Assembly (NCBI GenBank): GCA_964016885.1
Contig: OZ024747.1
Location: 75,020,001-75,084,000, forward strand
DNA: 64,000 nucleotides
Origin: Eledone cirrhosa
Taxonomy: Eukaryota
Reading direction: 5' to 3'
Shown here: piece after piece, positions 38,625-55,400 of the stretch
Layout: every line of letters begins with the position of its first letter
Numbering within the stretch: the first letter of the stretch is position 1
Translations under genes and position numbers: made by a program
The notes under the pieces: generated by a model
Seen by the model: only the letters and a program-made list of their open reading frames with translations
The model's database searches: none
What the model was told of the DNA's origin: nothing

Positions 38625-41600
38625 TCATCATCATCATCATCATCATCAACGTTTAACGTCCGTGTTCCACGCTTGCATGGGTTTGGACGGGGGTAGTCCC
38701 ACTTGAGGCAAGAGTGATTGTCTTGCTCGCATAGGACTGTCTGGCAGGTTTTCTACAGTTGGATGCCCTTCCTAACACCAACCACATTTACAGTGTGGGT
38801 CTGGGAGGTTTTTACCGTGTTGCCTACACGGCCACATTACAGCGTGGACTGTGTGTTTTTTGTCGTGACACCTACACGATCTCATTTGTTTCGGCCTCGA
38901 TGGCGCGGCACCAACATAACTTTACATAGAACGGGGTGGTGTGGATCGGGTGGGGGTGGTGGTGGTGGGACGGGGTGTATTTTGTTAGAGATGCCTACTG
39001 GCTGGAGTAGGTTTTACTATATATTTAGGTAAGGCGGGTCTTCTCTGTTACTGAGTACCGCCAAAGGTCTCGGTCCAGTGACATTGTCTTGGAGAGGTGT
39101 AAGTGTGTGATGTCGGAGTTTATCAGCTCGTCCCAGGTTTTTCTAGGTCTGCCTATTCCGTGACTACCGTCTATCTTTATTGCCCTGCACTTTGTTATAC
39201 AGCTATCGACTTTCATGCGCATCACGTGTCCATACCAACGTAGCCTTCTCTCGAGTAAACAACATCTGATCCCTCTTATCTCTAATTTTTTCCTTAGTTC
39301 GTTTATGCTTTGCCGTTCACGTATATTACTGTTACACATCCAGCGGAGCATGCAAGCTTCGTTCCTCTCTAGTCTGCGTATATCCTCTGCACACAATGCC
39401 CAGGTCTCACTACCATGCAACATTGCTGTTCGTATGCAGGCATCGTACAACCTGCCTTTCATTTTTAGGGAGAACCCTTTAGCAGCTAATAGTGGTATAA
39501 GCTCTCTGAACTTTTTCCAACCAGTTCTGACTCTAGCTACAGTACTTTCAGAGCACCCTCCCCCACTGCTGATTTTATCGCCCAGGTAACGGAAGCTGTC
39601 CACTATTTCTATAGAACCCTCTGCGCAATTGAAAGAGCTAGTAGTTTGTGGGCACTTGCTGCTACTTATTGCACCAGAGCACCGGCCACATGTAAAATCT
39701 ATGTTCTTAGTTAGCTTACCTGTGATCCCACTACATCTTTTATGCACCCATACTTTGCATTTAGGACATAAAATGGAGTTTCTACCTACGCCTTTCCTAC
39801 ACACCGAGCACGACCATTTCCCAGAAGGGACCGCCGCCTTGTTTTCTTTCCTACAAACTAGTACTTTGGTCTTAGCCAGGTTAATTTTAAGTCCTTTTGA
39901 CTCTAGGCCGTGCTTCCATGTTTGGAATTTCTTCTCTAGCTCGGCCATTGATTCCGCCACGAGTGTCAGGTCGTCTGCGTATAGGAGTTCCCATGGGCAG
40001 CCTGTCTTGAACTCCTCTGTTATAGCCTGAAGGGCAATAATAAATAGTAGTGGACTGAGAACAGAGCCCTGATGGACGCCAACTTTTACGCTAAACTCTT
40101 CACTATATTCGTTGTTAATTCTAACCTTGCTGACTGTTTCTTTATACATGGCTTGTATAGCCCTCACAAGCCATTCGTCAACGCCTAGTTTTCTAAGAGC
40201 CCACCAGATAATGGAGCGGGGGACTCTGTCGAAGGCTTTCTCCAAGTCGACAAAAGCTAAGTAGAGGGGTTTACCTTTAGCTAGGTACTTCTCCTGTAGT
40301 TGTCGTACTATGAAAAGAGCGTCTGTGGTACTTTTGCCTGACACAAACCCGAACTGCATTTCATCTAGGTCAATTCTCTCTCTGATTAGTTGCGCTATTA
40401 CTTTTTCCGTGACCTTCATGACCTGGTCGATTAATTTAATGCCTCTATAGTTACTCCTATCTAGGGCGTCTCCTTTACCCTTATAACAGTTAACGATGAT
40501 GCTGCTATGCCAGTCCTTCGGAACAACCCCATTCTGTACGACTTGGTTAACTATGCGGGTGACCATGGTGTGTCCCACCGTGCCAGATGCCTTCAGCATC
40601 TCAGCAACTATTTCCGAAGGCCCAGCCGCCTTACCAGTCTTCATATCCTTGATTGCCTTACTTATTATACTCCCCTCGACTAACACTGCTGGTCCCTCTA
40701 TTGGGTCGATATGGGGGAGACTGCCTTTCTCCCAATTATTCTCCTCATTTAGTAGCCTTTCATAGTGACACTTCCAAGCTACCTTCTTATCAGCGTCGGT
40801 GATGGCAAGTGTGCCATCGTCGTTTAGTACACACTTCTCCCCGACAATATCACGGTTTTCCTTGACGCATTGCCTAGCAATCCTGAACACCTCACGTTTT
40901 TGGTCATCGCGTTGTAGAACATGCTTGAACTTTCTTTCCTCAGCTTCCCTTCTTGCTAAGTACACTTGTCTCCTAGCTTCCCTCCTGGCCACTTGATAGT
41001 CCTCTCTACTTCCCCCATCCCGCCATACTTTCCAAGCCTGCTTTTTGGCCTGAATTGACCCCTCCACCTTACTGTTCCACCACCATGTTACTCTCCTCCT
41101 GCCTACAGGCCTGCTCCAGCCACAGACCTCGTCTGTCGCCAACAGCAGGTTTGCTTTCAGAAATTCCCACTCTCCCTCTATATTGTCCGACTCTAAATGT
41201 TCTTCCTTACTGTCGAAAGCATCAAGTAATATGCTTTGAAATTTATTCCTGGCTGTGGGGTCCTTTAGCTTCCATATTTTCCTCCTGAGGATAGTCCTCT
41301 TCTGTTGTCGAGTACGTCTCGTCCTGACTATGAGGTCGCTAATTATCAGTCTATGTTGGGAGGTGCATTCTTCATGGGGGAGGGATTTAGTGTTAACAAC
41401 AGACACTCTGTCACGTCTTCTGGTAAGGATATAATCTACCTGGCTTGTGTGTTCCCCGGATCTATAGGTGATCAGGTGATTGTCACGTTTTTTGAAGTTA
41501 GTGTTACAGATAGTTAGGTTATTTGCATCACAGAATTCCAGGATTCTGGAGCCTTCCTCATTTCTAGTACCAAACCCATAGCCTCCATGGATTTCGTCGT

Positions 41601-42608
41601 AGCCATCACAATGTTGTCCAACGTGACCATTTAGGTCGCCTGCGATAATTATATAGTCACTGTCGGATATTTGGGAGGTAGTTAGCATCAGTGTCTCATA
41701 GAATCTGTCTTTTATAGTGCCGGGCAGTCCGGATTGGGGTGCGTACGCAGATATTACTGTCACCGTAGTTCTATTGAGGACAAGTCGTATTTTAATTATT
41801 CTGTCGTTCACTCTATTTACGTCTATTATCTTATCTGCCCACTTTTCTGCTACCATGATTCCTACTCCACCCAGCCCATCGTCGTTTCCCACCCAGAAAA
41901 GCTTATAACATCGTTTTTTACCCTCAATGAACCTAGCAGACCCACCCCTCCACCTGGTCTCTTGAATACAACAAACATCGACCTCCTTACGTTCAAGCAT
42001 TTCTACAACCTCGTTAGCGCGACCCTTTAGGGTGCCTACATTTATGGTACCAACTCTGAAGTTTTGGATTGCGTTTGGGGGTTGGGGGCGGTGAGGGGCG
42101 GGGGGCGATGGGGTTATGTTAGCCGTCCGCGGTCGAAACAATGAGGAGTGCTCGCATTCTCGTCCAAGAGGTGAATTTGTCTTTATCTTTGGCATTGTCG
42201 CTGAGCGTCCAGATTTTTCTCTCTCACCTCCACTCTCCAGGATTCCGCAGTCCATCCATCCATCATATATCGTATATCGAAAGGCAACCAGGCAAGCGAT
42301 AGTATAGGCCTCTGGTTTCTGATTGGTCCGCGTAATAATACTGGTGATGCGTGGGGGCTCTGTTTTATGATTGGTCCACGTAATAGCAATGGTGGTGCGT
42401 GGGGGTGGGAGGGAGGGGTGTTGGGTAGCTAGCAAGAAGGTAATGATTGAATGGGGTCCTTGCATTTAACAAGCGATTAACAAAAATACAAAATTTGTTC
42501 TGTTAAATACGTCCAAAAACTTACGTATTTAGCAATTAATAGAAACAGAAAATGTAGTTTGTTTTAGCGATAGATTGGCTATTTGGACTTGATACGAAAT
42601 ATGGTGTG
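38625..42608 (-). mobile_element. Near-full-length RTE-type LINE, family B, intact ORF
   Basis: 5' region with repeated monomers, single APE+RT ORF, about 400-bp 3' UTR and (CAT)n tail. Both flanks are (TA/TG)n. Confidence 0.96.
39025..42465 (-). CDS. LINE polyprotein: AP endonuclease + reverse transcriptase with inserted PHD finger
   Basis: APE motifs GTINVGTL, CIQETRW, SAYAPQ, AGDLNGH, QVDYIL and SQHRL. RT motifs NYRGIKL, QFGF, FVDLEKAFDRV, GVHQGSVLSPLLF, YADD and FRYLG. RTE-type C-terminus RRLRWYGHVMR..GRPRKTW. The real start may be the ATG at 42195 (MPKIK), where similarity to the second copy begins. Confidence 0.95.
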   Translation of the reverse strand: MQGPHSIITFLLATQHPSLPPPRTTIAITWTNHKTEPPRITSIITRTNQKPEAYTIACLVAFRYTIYDGWMDCGILESGGEREKSGRSATMPKIKTNSPLGRECEHSSLFRPRTANITPSPPAPHRPQPPNAIQNFRVGTINVGTLKGRANEVVEMLERKEVDVCCIQETRWRGGSARFIEGKKRCYKLFWVGNDDGLGGVGIMVAEKWADKIIDVNRVNDRIIKIRLVLNRTTVTVISAYAPQSGLPGTIKDRFYETLMLTTSQISDSDYIIIAGDLNGHVGQHCDGYDEIHGGYGFGTRNEEGSRILEFCDANNLTICNTNFKKRDNHLITYRSGEHTSQVDYILTRRRDRVSVVNTKSLPHEECTSQHRLIISDLIVRTRRTRQQKRTILRRKIWKLKDPTARNKFQSILLDAFDSKEEHLESDNIEGEWEFLKANLLLATDEVCGWSRPVGRRRVTWWWNSKVEGSIQAKKQAWKVWRDGGSREDYQVARREARRQVYLARREAEERKFKHVLQRDDQKREVFRIARQCVKENRDIVGEKCVLNDDGTLAITDADKKVAWKCHYERLLNEENNWEKGSLPHIDPIEGPAVLVEGSIISKAIKDMKTGKAAGPSEIVAEMLKASGTVGHTMVTRIVNQVVQNGVVPKDWHSSIIVNCYKGKGDALDRSNYRGIKLIDQVMKVTEKVIAQLIRERIDLDEMQFGFVSGKSTTDALFIVRQLQEKYLAKGKPLYLAFVDLEKAFDRVPRSIIWWALRKLGVDEWLVRAIQAMYKETVSKVRINNEYSEEFSVKVGVHQGSVLSPLLFIIALQAITEEFKTGCPWELLYADDLTLVAESMAELEKKFQTWKHGLESKGLKINLAKTKVLVCRKENKAAVPSGKWSCSVCRKGVGRNSILCPKCKVWVHKRCSGITGKLTKNIDFTCGRCSGAISSSKCPQTTSSFNCAEGSIEIVDSFRYLGDKISSGGGCSESTVARVRTGWKKFRELIPLLAAKGFSLKMKGRLYDACIRTAMLHGSETWALCAEDIRRLERNEACMLRWMCNSNIRERQSINELRKKLEIRGIRCCLLERRLRWYGHVMRMKVDSCITKCRAIKIDGSHGIGRPRKTWDELINSDITHLHLSKTMSLDRDLWRYSVTEKTRLT

Positions 42609-44905
<2,297 letters not shown>

Positions 44906-45017
44906 ACATACAAACATACAGACAGCATGTGTGATGTTGATGATAATGGTGATAATAATATTAAAATGAATGTAGTGAAGACTTGCTATATCATTGTGAA
45001 TGTCATCTTTATTTGAC

Positions 45018-45630
45018 CTCTCTCTCCTTTCTCTCTTCTCTCTCTCTCTCTTCTCTCTCTCTCTCTTCTCTCTCTCCCTCTCTCTCTCTCTCTTCTCTCT
45101 CTCCCTCTCTCTCTCTCCCTCTCTCCCTCTCTCTCTCTCCCTCTCCTTTCTCTCTTCTCTCACTCTCTCTCCTTTCTCTCTTCTCTCACTCTCTCTCCTT
45201 TCTCTCTTCTCTCACTCTCTCTCCTTTCTCTCTTCTCTCACTCTCTCTCCTTTCTCTCTTCTCTCACTCTCTCTCCTTTCTCTCTTCTCTCACTCTCTCT
45301 CCTTTCTCTCTTCTCTCACTCTCTCTCCTTTCTCTCTTCTCTCACTCTCTCTCCTTTCTCTCTTCTCTCACTCTCTCTCCTTTCTCTCTTCTCTCACTCT
45401 CTCTCCTTTCTCTATTCTCTCACTCTCTCTCACTCTCTTCTCTCACTCTCTCTCTCTCCTTTCTCTCTTCTCTCTCTCTCTCTCTCCTTTCTTCTCTCTC
45501 TCTCTCTCTCTCCTTTCTTCTCTCTCTCTCTCTCTCTCTCCCTTCTCTCACTCTCTCTCCCTTCTCTCTTCTCTCACTCTCTCTCCTTTCTCCCCCCTCT
45601 CTCTCCTTCTCCCTCTCTCTCTCTTTCTTT
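45018..45630. repeat. (CT)n-rich polypyrimidine tract with a short internal tandem unit
   Basis: Repeats of CTCTCTTCTCTCACTCTCTCTCCTTT-like units. Confidence 0.93.
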
Positions 45631-45949
45631 ATATCTATACATATGTGTATGTACATAATTACATATATATATATATGTACATAATTACATATATATATAT
45701 GTATATATATATATGTATATATATATACATACATACATACATACATAGTGTGTTTATTTGGAATGGTGGTGGTGGGGTCTTTAGAAGAGTTACACCGCAT
45801 CCCTGTGTGCCATATGAGGCAACTAAAAGGGTTGGTGTGAGGAAGGACATCTGGCTGTAAAACATTGTCCCAAAACATCCCATCCAACCACGCCAGCCTG
45901 GAAAAGTGGACGTAATAATATATAATGTTGATGATGATAATGAAATTCA

Positions 45950-46108
45950 TACATACACACAGTCTGACATACACACACATTCGCACTGACACACACACAC
46001 ACACACTGACATACACACACTGGCACACTCTGACATACACACACACACACACACACTGACACTGACACACACGCAGACACACTCTGACATACACACACAG
46101 ACACTCTG

Positions 46109-46143
<35 letters not shown>

Positions 46144-46332
46144 CTGACATACACACACTGACATACACACACTGACATACACACACTGACACTCTGACAT
46201 ACACACACTGACACACTCTGACATACACACACACGCTGACACACTCTGACATACACACACACACACACACACACTCTGGCATACACACACACTCTGACAT
46301 ACATACACATACACACATACCCACTCACTCTG

Positions 46333-46362
<30 letters not shown>
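45950..46362. repeat. (CA)n / CTGACATACACA compound repeat
   Basis: Direct inspection. Confidence 0.9.
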
Positions 46363-46365
<3 letters not shown>

Positions 46366-46672
46366 ATATTATATATTCTCAGCCAGATATTCTTACTGAT
46401 CTTTCAAGTTCTGTAGTATTTCAAAGGTTTGATCTGATTTTCATATCACCCTCCCCCACACTACACCACGCACCCTACCACACATACATACATACATATA
46501 TACGCACACACACATATATATATATACATATATATAGTTATGCACATACACACTCAGTTATAATAGTCTACTTTTAAGTGTGGGTCTCGGTATTTATAAT
46601 GGATATCATAGTTTGTATGTTTAATGCTTATATTGGTCCATTATTCTCGTCCTCTCTCTCTTCTTTATTATC

Positions 46673-49105
<2,433 letters not shown>

Positions 49106-50959
49106 TATGCATAAAATATCCACATTTTAAAAAAAAATGAATTTAAGGTGAGATGAAAAATTTACATTATTCCATTCAGCTTTATATAATAGTAGTAGCC
49201 ATAGTAGTAGTAATATTAGTAATAATAATAATAATATAAAATCTAATAGTACTAGAAAGGGGAGTTAAGTGCTGTTGTGGGTTTTAACATCCTGTTCCTG
49301 GTAGAAACAATAATGCTTGCAAACATTCAAGATTTATCATATATTATTAATATGACATTTAAGCTGTTTTAGTTTTAGCAATCAATTATATAATGGTCAA
49401 AGAATAGAAATGAATTATTTTCTAATAAAAAAAAAATGTAAAAGTTTTAGCGAGGGTTTTCAAGTTGTGAACCTGGTTAGAGAGTTCTTGCATAAAACCT
49501 ACTACAGAAATTTCAGTTATTGATTTTTCTATGTTGAGTGAAGAAGTTAAGTTACTATGGCGACAATTTAGACTGATAGAGAGAGAGAGAAAGAGAGAGA
49601 TGGATGACTGGATGATTGTGGCTGTATTCAGAATGCATGTGTATGATAGAATATTGAGTGAGTGTATTGGATATGGAGGCAGTGAAGAGAGGAGATGTGG
49701 CAAGGAAGAATAAAAGAATAGCATTACTAATAAAGAGAGCTTCCATAGATAGTAGTTATAATAAAGCTTTTCCAATATTGGTTGTTGCATGTGAGTGTGT
49801 GTGTGTGTGCACCAGATATCGATGCAGTAAGCTCCACATAGTTGGGGGAGGGGGTGGGGGCATTGCTGTTTTTTTCGTCTTCATTGCTTTGCCATTATCA
49901 TCATCATTATCACCATCCTGATCAATCATCATCACCATCACCCTCATTAAGGTATTCATCAGTCATTGTGCTATCATCATCATCATCATTATTATTATTA
50001 TAACCATGATCATCATGATTATTGTATTCACCAACATCATTACCATCATCATCATCATCATTATCACACTATTGTATTCATCATCATCATCACTGCTATC
50101 ATAATGACCATCAACCCTTATCATCATCATTGCTTCATTTATCCCCTATATATATTATATATATCATATCCCCTATACTATATCTATCATATCCCCTATA
50201 TATTATATCTATCATATCCCCTATATATTATATCTATCATATCCCCTATCATCATCGTTTAACGTCTATCTTCCACGCTAGAATGGGTTTATATCTATTA
50301 TATCTATCATATCCCCTATATATATTATATATATCATATCTGCTATATATATCTTATATATATCATATCCCCTATATTATATCTATCATATCCCCTATAT
50401 ATTATATCCCCTATATATATTATATCTATCATATTATCTGCTATATATATCTTATATATATCATATCCCCTATATTTATATCATATCCCTTATATTATAT
50501 ATGTCCCCTATATTATATATATCCCCTATATATTATTGTCTCTATTACACCACCACCTTTCTCTATCCTCCTTTCCACATTACTTTCTTTAAACTATCTT
50601 ATACACCATTTGCTACACTCCGCTCCTTGCAGCAATTTTTTACCTCATTTTTCCTCATTTATTCTTTCTATGATCTCCTTTTTTTTTCCATTCGTTATTC
50701 ATTCTTTCTTTCTATCTTTCTGTCCTTCCATAGTATGAGATATAGGGTGAAGCTTGTACCATCGTGTGATATTTAATTATATTCTGTCATACAGTGATAT
50801 TCTTTTATCATATGGAACTGAAATCAAAGATGGAGACTGGAATAGAGTAGAATTATCTTCTTTTAGAGGGAGGTGCTTTATGTTGATAGTTTGATGATGA
50901 TGATGTTGATGACATATGAAGATTGAATGATAGATAGATAAATAGGTAGGTAGGTGTGT

Positions 50960-51159
50960 NNNNNNNNNNNNNNNNNNNNNNNNNNNNNNNNNNNNNNNNN
51001 NNNNNNNNNNNNNNNNNNNNNNNNNNNNNNNNNNNNNNNNNNNNNNNNNNNNNNNNNNNNNNNNNNNNNNNNNNNNNNNNNNNNNNNNNNNNNNNNNNNN
51101 NNNNNNNNNNNNNNNNNNNNNNNNNNNNNNNNNNNNNNNNNNNNNNNNNNNNNNNNNNN
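50960..51159. other. Assembly gap (200 N)
   Basis: Run of N; contiguity and orientation across it are not guaranteed. Confidence 1.
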
Positions 51160-51190
51160 ATATTATATATATATATATATATATATATAC

Positions 51191-51272
<82 letters not shown>

Positions 51273-51322
51273 GTTTATATATATATATATATACATTTAT
51301 ATATATATATATATTTATATAT

Positions 51323-51575
51323 TTCGTTTCTGAATTTGTTTAGCAAGATTCTTTATCTGAAATCGTGTGTTGAAACCGATATTGTTATACTTTGGGAGGG
51401 TCATGTTGCTAATAAGAAACACACGCACCAGTTGCTTTCACTTCAATTTATTATAAATTTACAAATTTATAAATTCCTGGTTGGTTCCACAACCAGATAG
51501 TTGTTTATATATAGTCATAGTCCTTTCGTCACTGGCATTATTGTGGCAACATGACCCTCCCAAAGTATAACAATA

Positions 51576-51576
<1 letters not shown>
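51323..51576. mobile_element. Short TA-embedded dispersed element with a perfect 31-bp internal inverted repeat
   Basis: 51379-51409 is the exact reverse complement of 51546-51576. Partial copies at 60761-60820, 57761-57775 and 29835-29970. Confidence 0.7.
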
Positions 51577-51638
<62 letters not shown>

Positions 51639-51664
51639 TTATATATAAATATATATATATATAC

Positions 51665-51708
<44 letters not shown>

Positions 51709-51714
51709 ATATAC

Positions 51715-51760
<46 letters not shown>

Positions 51761-51829
51761 TTATATATATATATTTATATATATATATATACATTTATAT
51801 ATATATATTTATATATATATATATACATT

Positions 51830-51865
<36 letters not shown>

Positions 51866-51885
51866 TATATATATATATATACATT

Positions 51886-51952
<67 letters not shown>

Positions 51953-52336
51953 TTATTTATATATATATATATATACATTTATATTTATATTTATATATAT
52001 TTATATATATATATATATACATTTATATTTATATTTATATATATTTATATATATATATATATATACATTTATATTTATATTTATATATATATATATATAT
52101 ATACATTTATATATATATATATATATATACATTTATATATATATATATACATTTATATATATATATATATATACATTTATATATATATATATATACATTT
52201 ATATATTATATATACATTTATATATATATATATACATTTATATATATACATTTATATATATATACATTTATATATATATATATATATATAGACATTTATA
52301 TATATATATATATATATATACATATATATATACATT

Positions 52337-52399
<63 letters not shown>

Positions 52400-52426
52400 T
52401 TATATATATATATATATATTTATATA

Positions 52427-55400
52427 TCATCATCATCATCATCAACGTTTAACGTCCGTGTTCCACGCTTGCATGGGTTTGGACGGGGGTAGTCCCACTT
52501 GAGGCAAGAGTGATTGTCTTGCTCGCATAGGACTGTCTGGCAGGTTTTCTACAGTTGGATGCCCTTCCTAACACCAACCACATTTACAGTGTGGGTCTGG
52601 GAGGTGTTTACCGTGTTGCCTACACGGCCACATTACAGCGTGGACTGTGTGTTTTTTTGTCGTGACACCTACACGATCTCATTTGTTTCGGCCCGGATGG
52701 CGCGGCACCAACATAACTTTACATAGGACGGGGTGGTGTGGATGGGGTGGGGGTGGTGGTGGTGGGACGGGGTGTATTTTGTTAGAGATGCCTACTGGCA
52801 AGGCGGGTCTTCTCTGTTACTGAGTACCGCCAAAGGTCTCGGTCCAGTGACATTGTCTTGGAGAGGTGTAAGTGTGTGAGGTCGGAGTTTATCAGCTCGT
52901 CCCAGGTTTTTCTAGGTCTGCCTATTCCGTGGCTACCGTCTATCTTTATTGCCCTGCACTTTGTTATACAGCTATCGACTTTCATGCGCATCACGTGTCC
53001 ATACCAACGTAGCCTTCTCTCGAGTAAACAACATCTGATCCCTCTTATCTCTAATTTTTTCCTTAGTTCGTTTATGCTTTGCCGTTCACGTATATTACTG
53101 TTACACATCCAGCGGAGCATGCAAGCTTCGTTCCTCTCTAGTCTGCGTATATCCTCTGCACACAATGCCCAGGTCTCACTGCCATGCAACATTGCTGTTC
53201 GTATGCAGGCATCGTACAACCTGCCTTTCATTTTTAGGGAGAACCCTTTAGCAGCTAATAGTGGTATAAGCTCTCTGAACTTTTTCCAACCAGTTCTGAC
53301 TCTAGCTACAGTACTTTCAGAGCACCCTCCCCCACTGCTGATTTTATCGCCCAGGTAACGGAAGCTGTCCACTATTTCTATAGAACCCTCTGCGCAATTG
53401 AAAGAGCTAGTATTTTGTGGGCACTTGCTGCTACTTATTGCACCAGAACACCGGCCACATGTAAAATCTATGTTCTTAGTTAGCTTACCTGTGATCCCAC
53501 TACATCTTTTATGCACCCATACTTTGCATTTAGGACACAAAATGGAGTTTCTACCTACGCCTTTCCTACACACCGAGCACGACCATTTCCCAAAAGGGAC
53601 CGCCGCCTTGTTTTCTTTCCTACAAACTAGAACTTTGGTCTTAGCCAGGTTAATTTTAAGTCCTTTTGACTCTAGGCCGTGCTTCCATGTTTGGAATTTC
53701 TTCTCTAGCTCGGCCATTGATTCCGCTATGAGTGTCAGGTCGTCTGCGTATAGGAGTTCCCATGGGCAGCCTGTCTTGAACTCCTCTGTTATAGCCTGAA
53801 GGGCAATAATAAATAGTAGGGGGCTGAGAACAGAGCCCTGATGGACGCCAACTTTTACGCTAAACTCTTCACTATATTCGTTGTTAATTCTAACCTTGCT
53901 GACTGTTTCTTTATACATGGCTTGTATAGCCCTCACAAGCCATTCGTCAACGCCTAGTTTTCTAAGAGCCCACCAGATAATGGAGCGGGGGACTCTGTCG
54001 AAGGCTTTCTCCAAGTCGACAAAAGCTAAGTAGAGGGGTTTACCTTTAGCTAGGTACTTCTCCTGTAGTTGTCGTACTATGAAAAGAGCGTCTGTGGTAC
54101 TTTTGCCTGACACAAACCCGAACTGCATTTCATCTAGGTCAATTCTCTCTCTGATTAGTTGCGCTATTACTTTTTCTGTGACCTTCATGACCTGGTCGAT
54201 TAATTTAATGCCTCTATAGTTACTCCTATCTAGGGCGTCTCCTTTATCCTTATAACAGTTAACGATGATGCTGCTATGCCAGTCCTTTTGGAACAACCCC
54301 ATTCTGTACGACTTGGTTAACTATGCGGGTGACCATGGTGTGTCCCACCGTGCCAGATGCCTTCAGCATCTCAGCAACTATTTCCGAAGGCCCAGCCGCC
54401 TTACCTGTCTTCATATCCTTGATTGCCTTACTTATTATACTCCCCTCGACTAACACTGCTGGTCCCTCTATTGGGTCGACATGGGGGAGACTGTCTTTCT
54501 CCCATTTATTCTCCTCATTTAGTAGCCTTTCATAGTGACACTTCCAAGCTACCTTCTTATCAGTGTCGGTGATGGCAAGTATGCCATCATCGTTAAGTAC
54601 ACACTTCTCCCCGACAATATCACGGTTTTCCTTGACGCATTGCCTAGCAATCCTGAACACCTCACGTTTTTGGTCATCGCGTTGTAGGACATGCTTGAAC
54701 TTTCTTTCCTCAGCTTCCCTTCTTGCTAAGTACACTTCTCTCCTAGCTTCCCTCCTGGCCACTTGATAGTCTACTCTACTTCCCCCATCCCGCCATACTT
54801 TCCAAGCCTGCTTTTTGGTCTTAATTGACCCCTCCACTTTACTGTTCCACCACCATGTTACTCTCCTCCTGCCTACAGGCCTGCTCCAGCTACAGACTTC
54901 GTCTGTGGCCAACAGCAGGTTTGCTTTCAGAAATTCCCACTGTCCCCCTATATTGTCCGACTCTAAATGTTCTTCCTTACTGTCGAAAGCATCAAGTAAT
55001 ATGTTTTGAAATTTATTTTTGGCTGTGGGGTCCTTTAGCTTCCATATTTTTCTCCTGAGGATAGTCCTCTTCTGCTGTCGAGTACGTCTCGTCCTGACTA
55101 TGAGGTCGCTAATTATCAGTCTATGTTGGGAGGTGCATTCTTCATGGGGGAGGGATTTAGTGTTTACAACAGACACTCTGTCACGTCTTCTGGTAAGGAT
55201 ATAATCTACCTGGCTTGTGTGTTCCCCGGATCTATAGGTGATCAGGTGATTGTCACGTTTTTTGAAGTTAGTGTTACAGATAGTTAGGTTATTTGCATCA
55301 CAGAATTCCAGAATTCTGGAGCCTTCCTCATTTCTAGTACCAAACCCATAGCCTCCATGGATTTCGTCGTAGCCGTCACAATGTTGCCCAACGTGACCAT

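Noticed and set aside
39215-42307. Recurrent + strand ORFs opposite the LINE ORF (also 18760-19701 and 52858-55800)
   Set aside because: Antisense shadows that recur only because the copies are near-identical; no recognisable domains.
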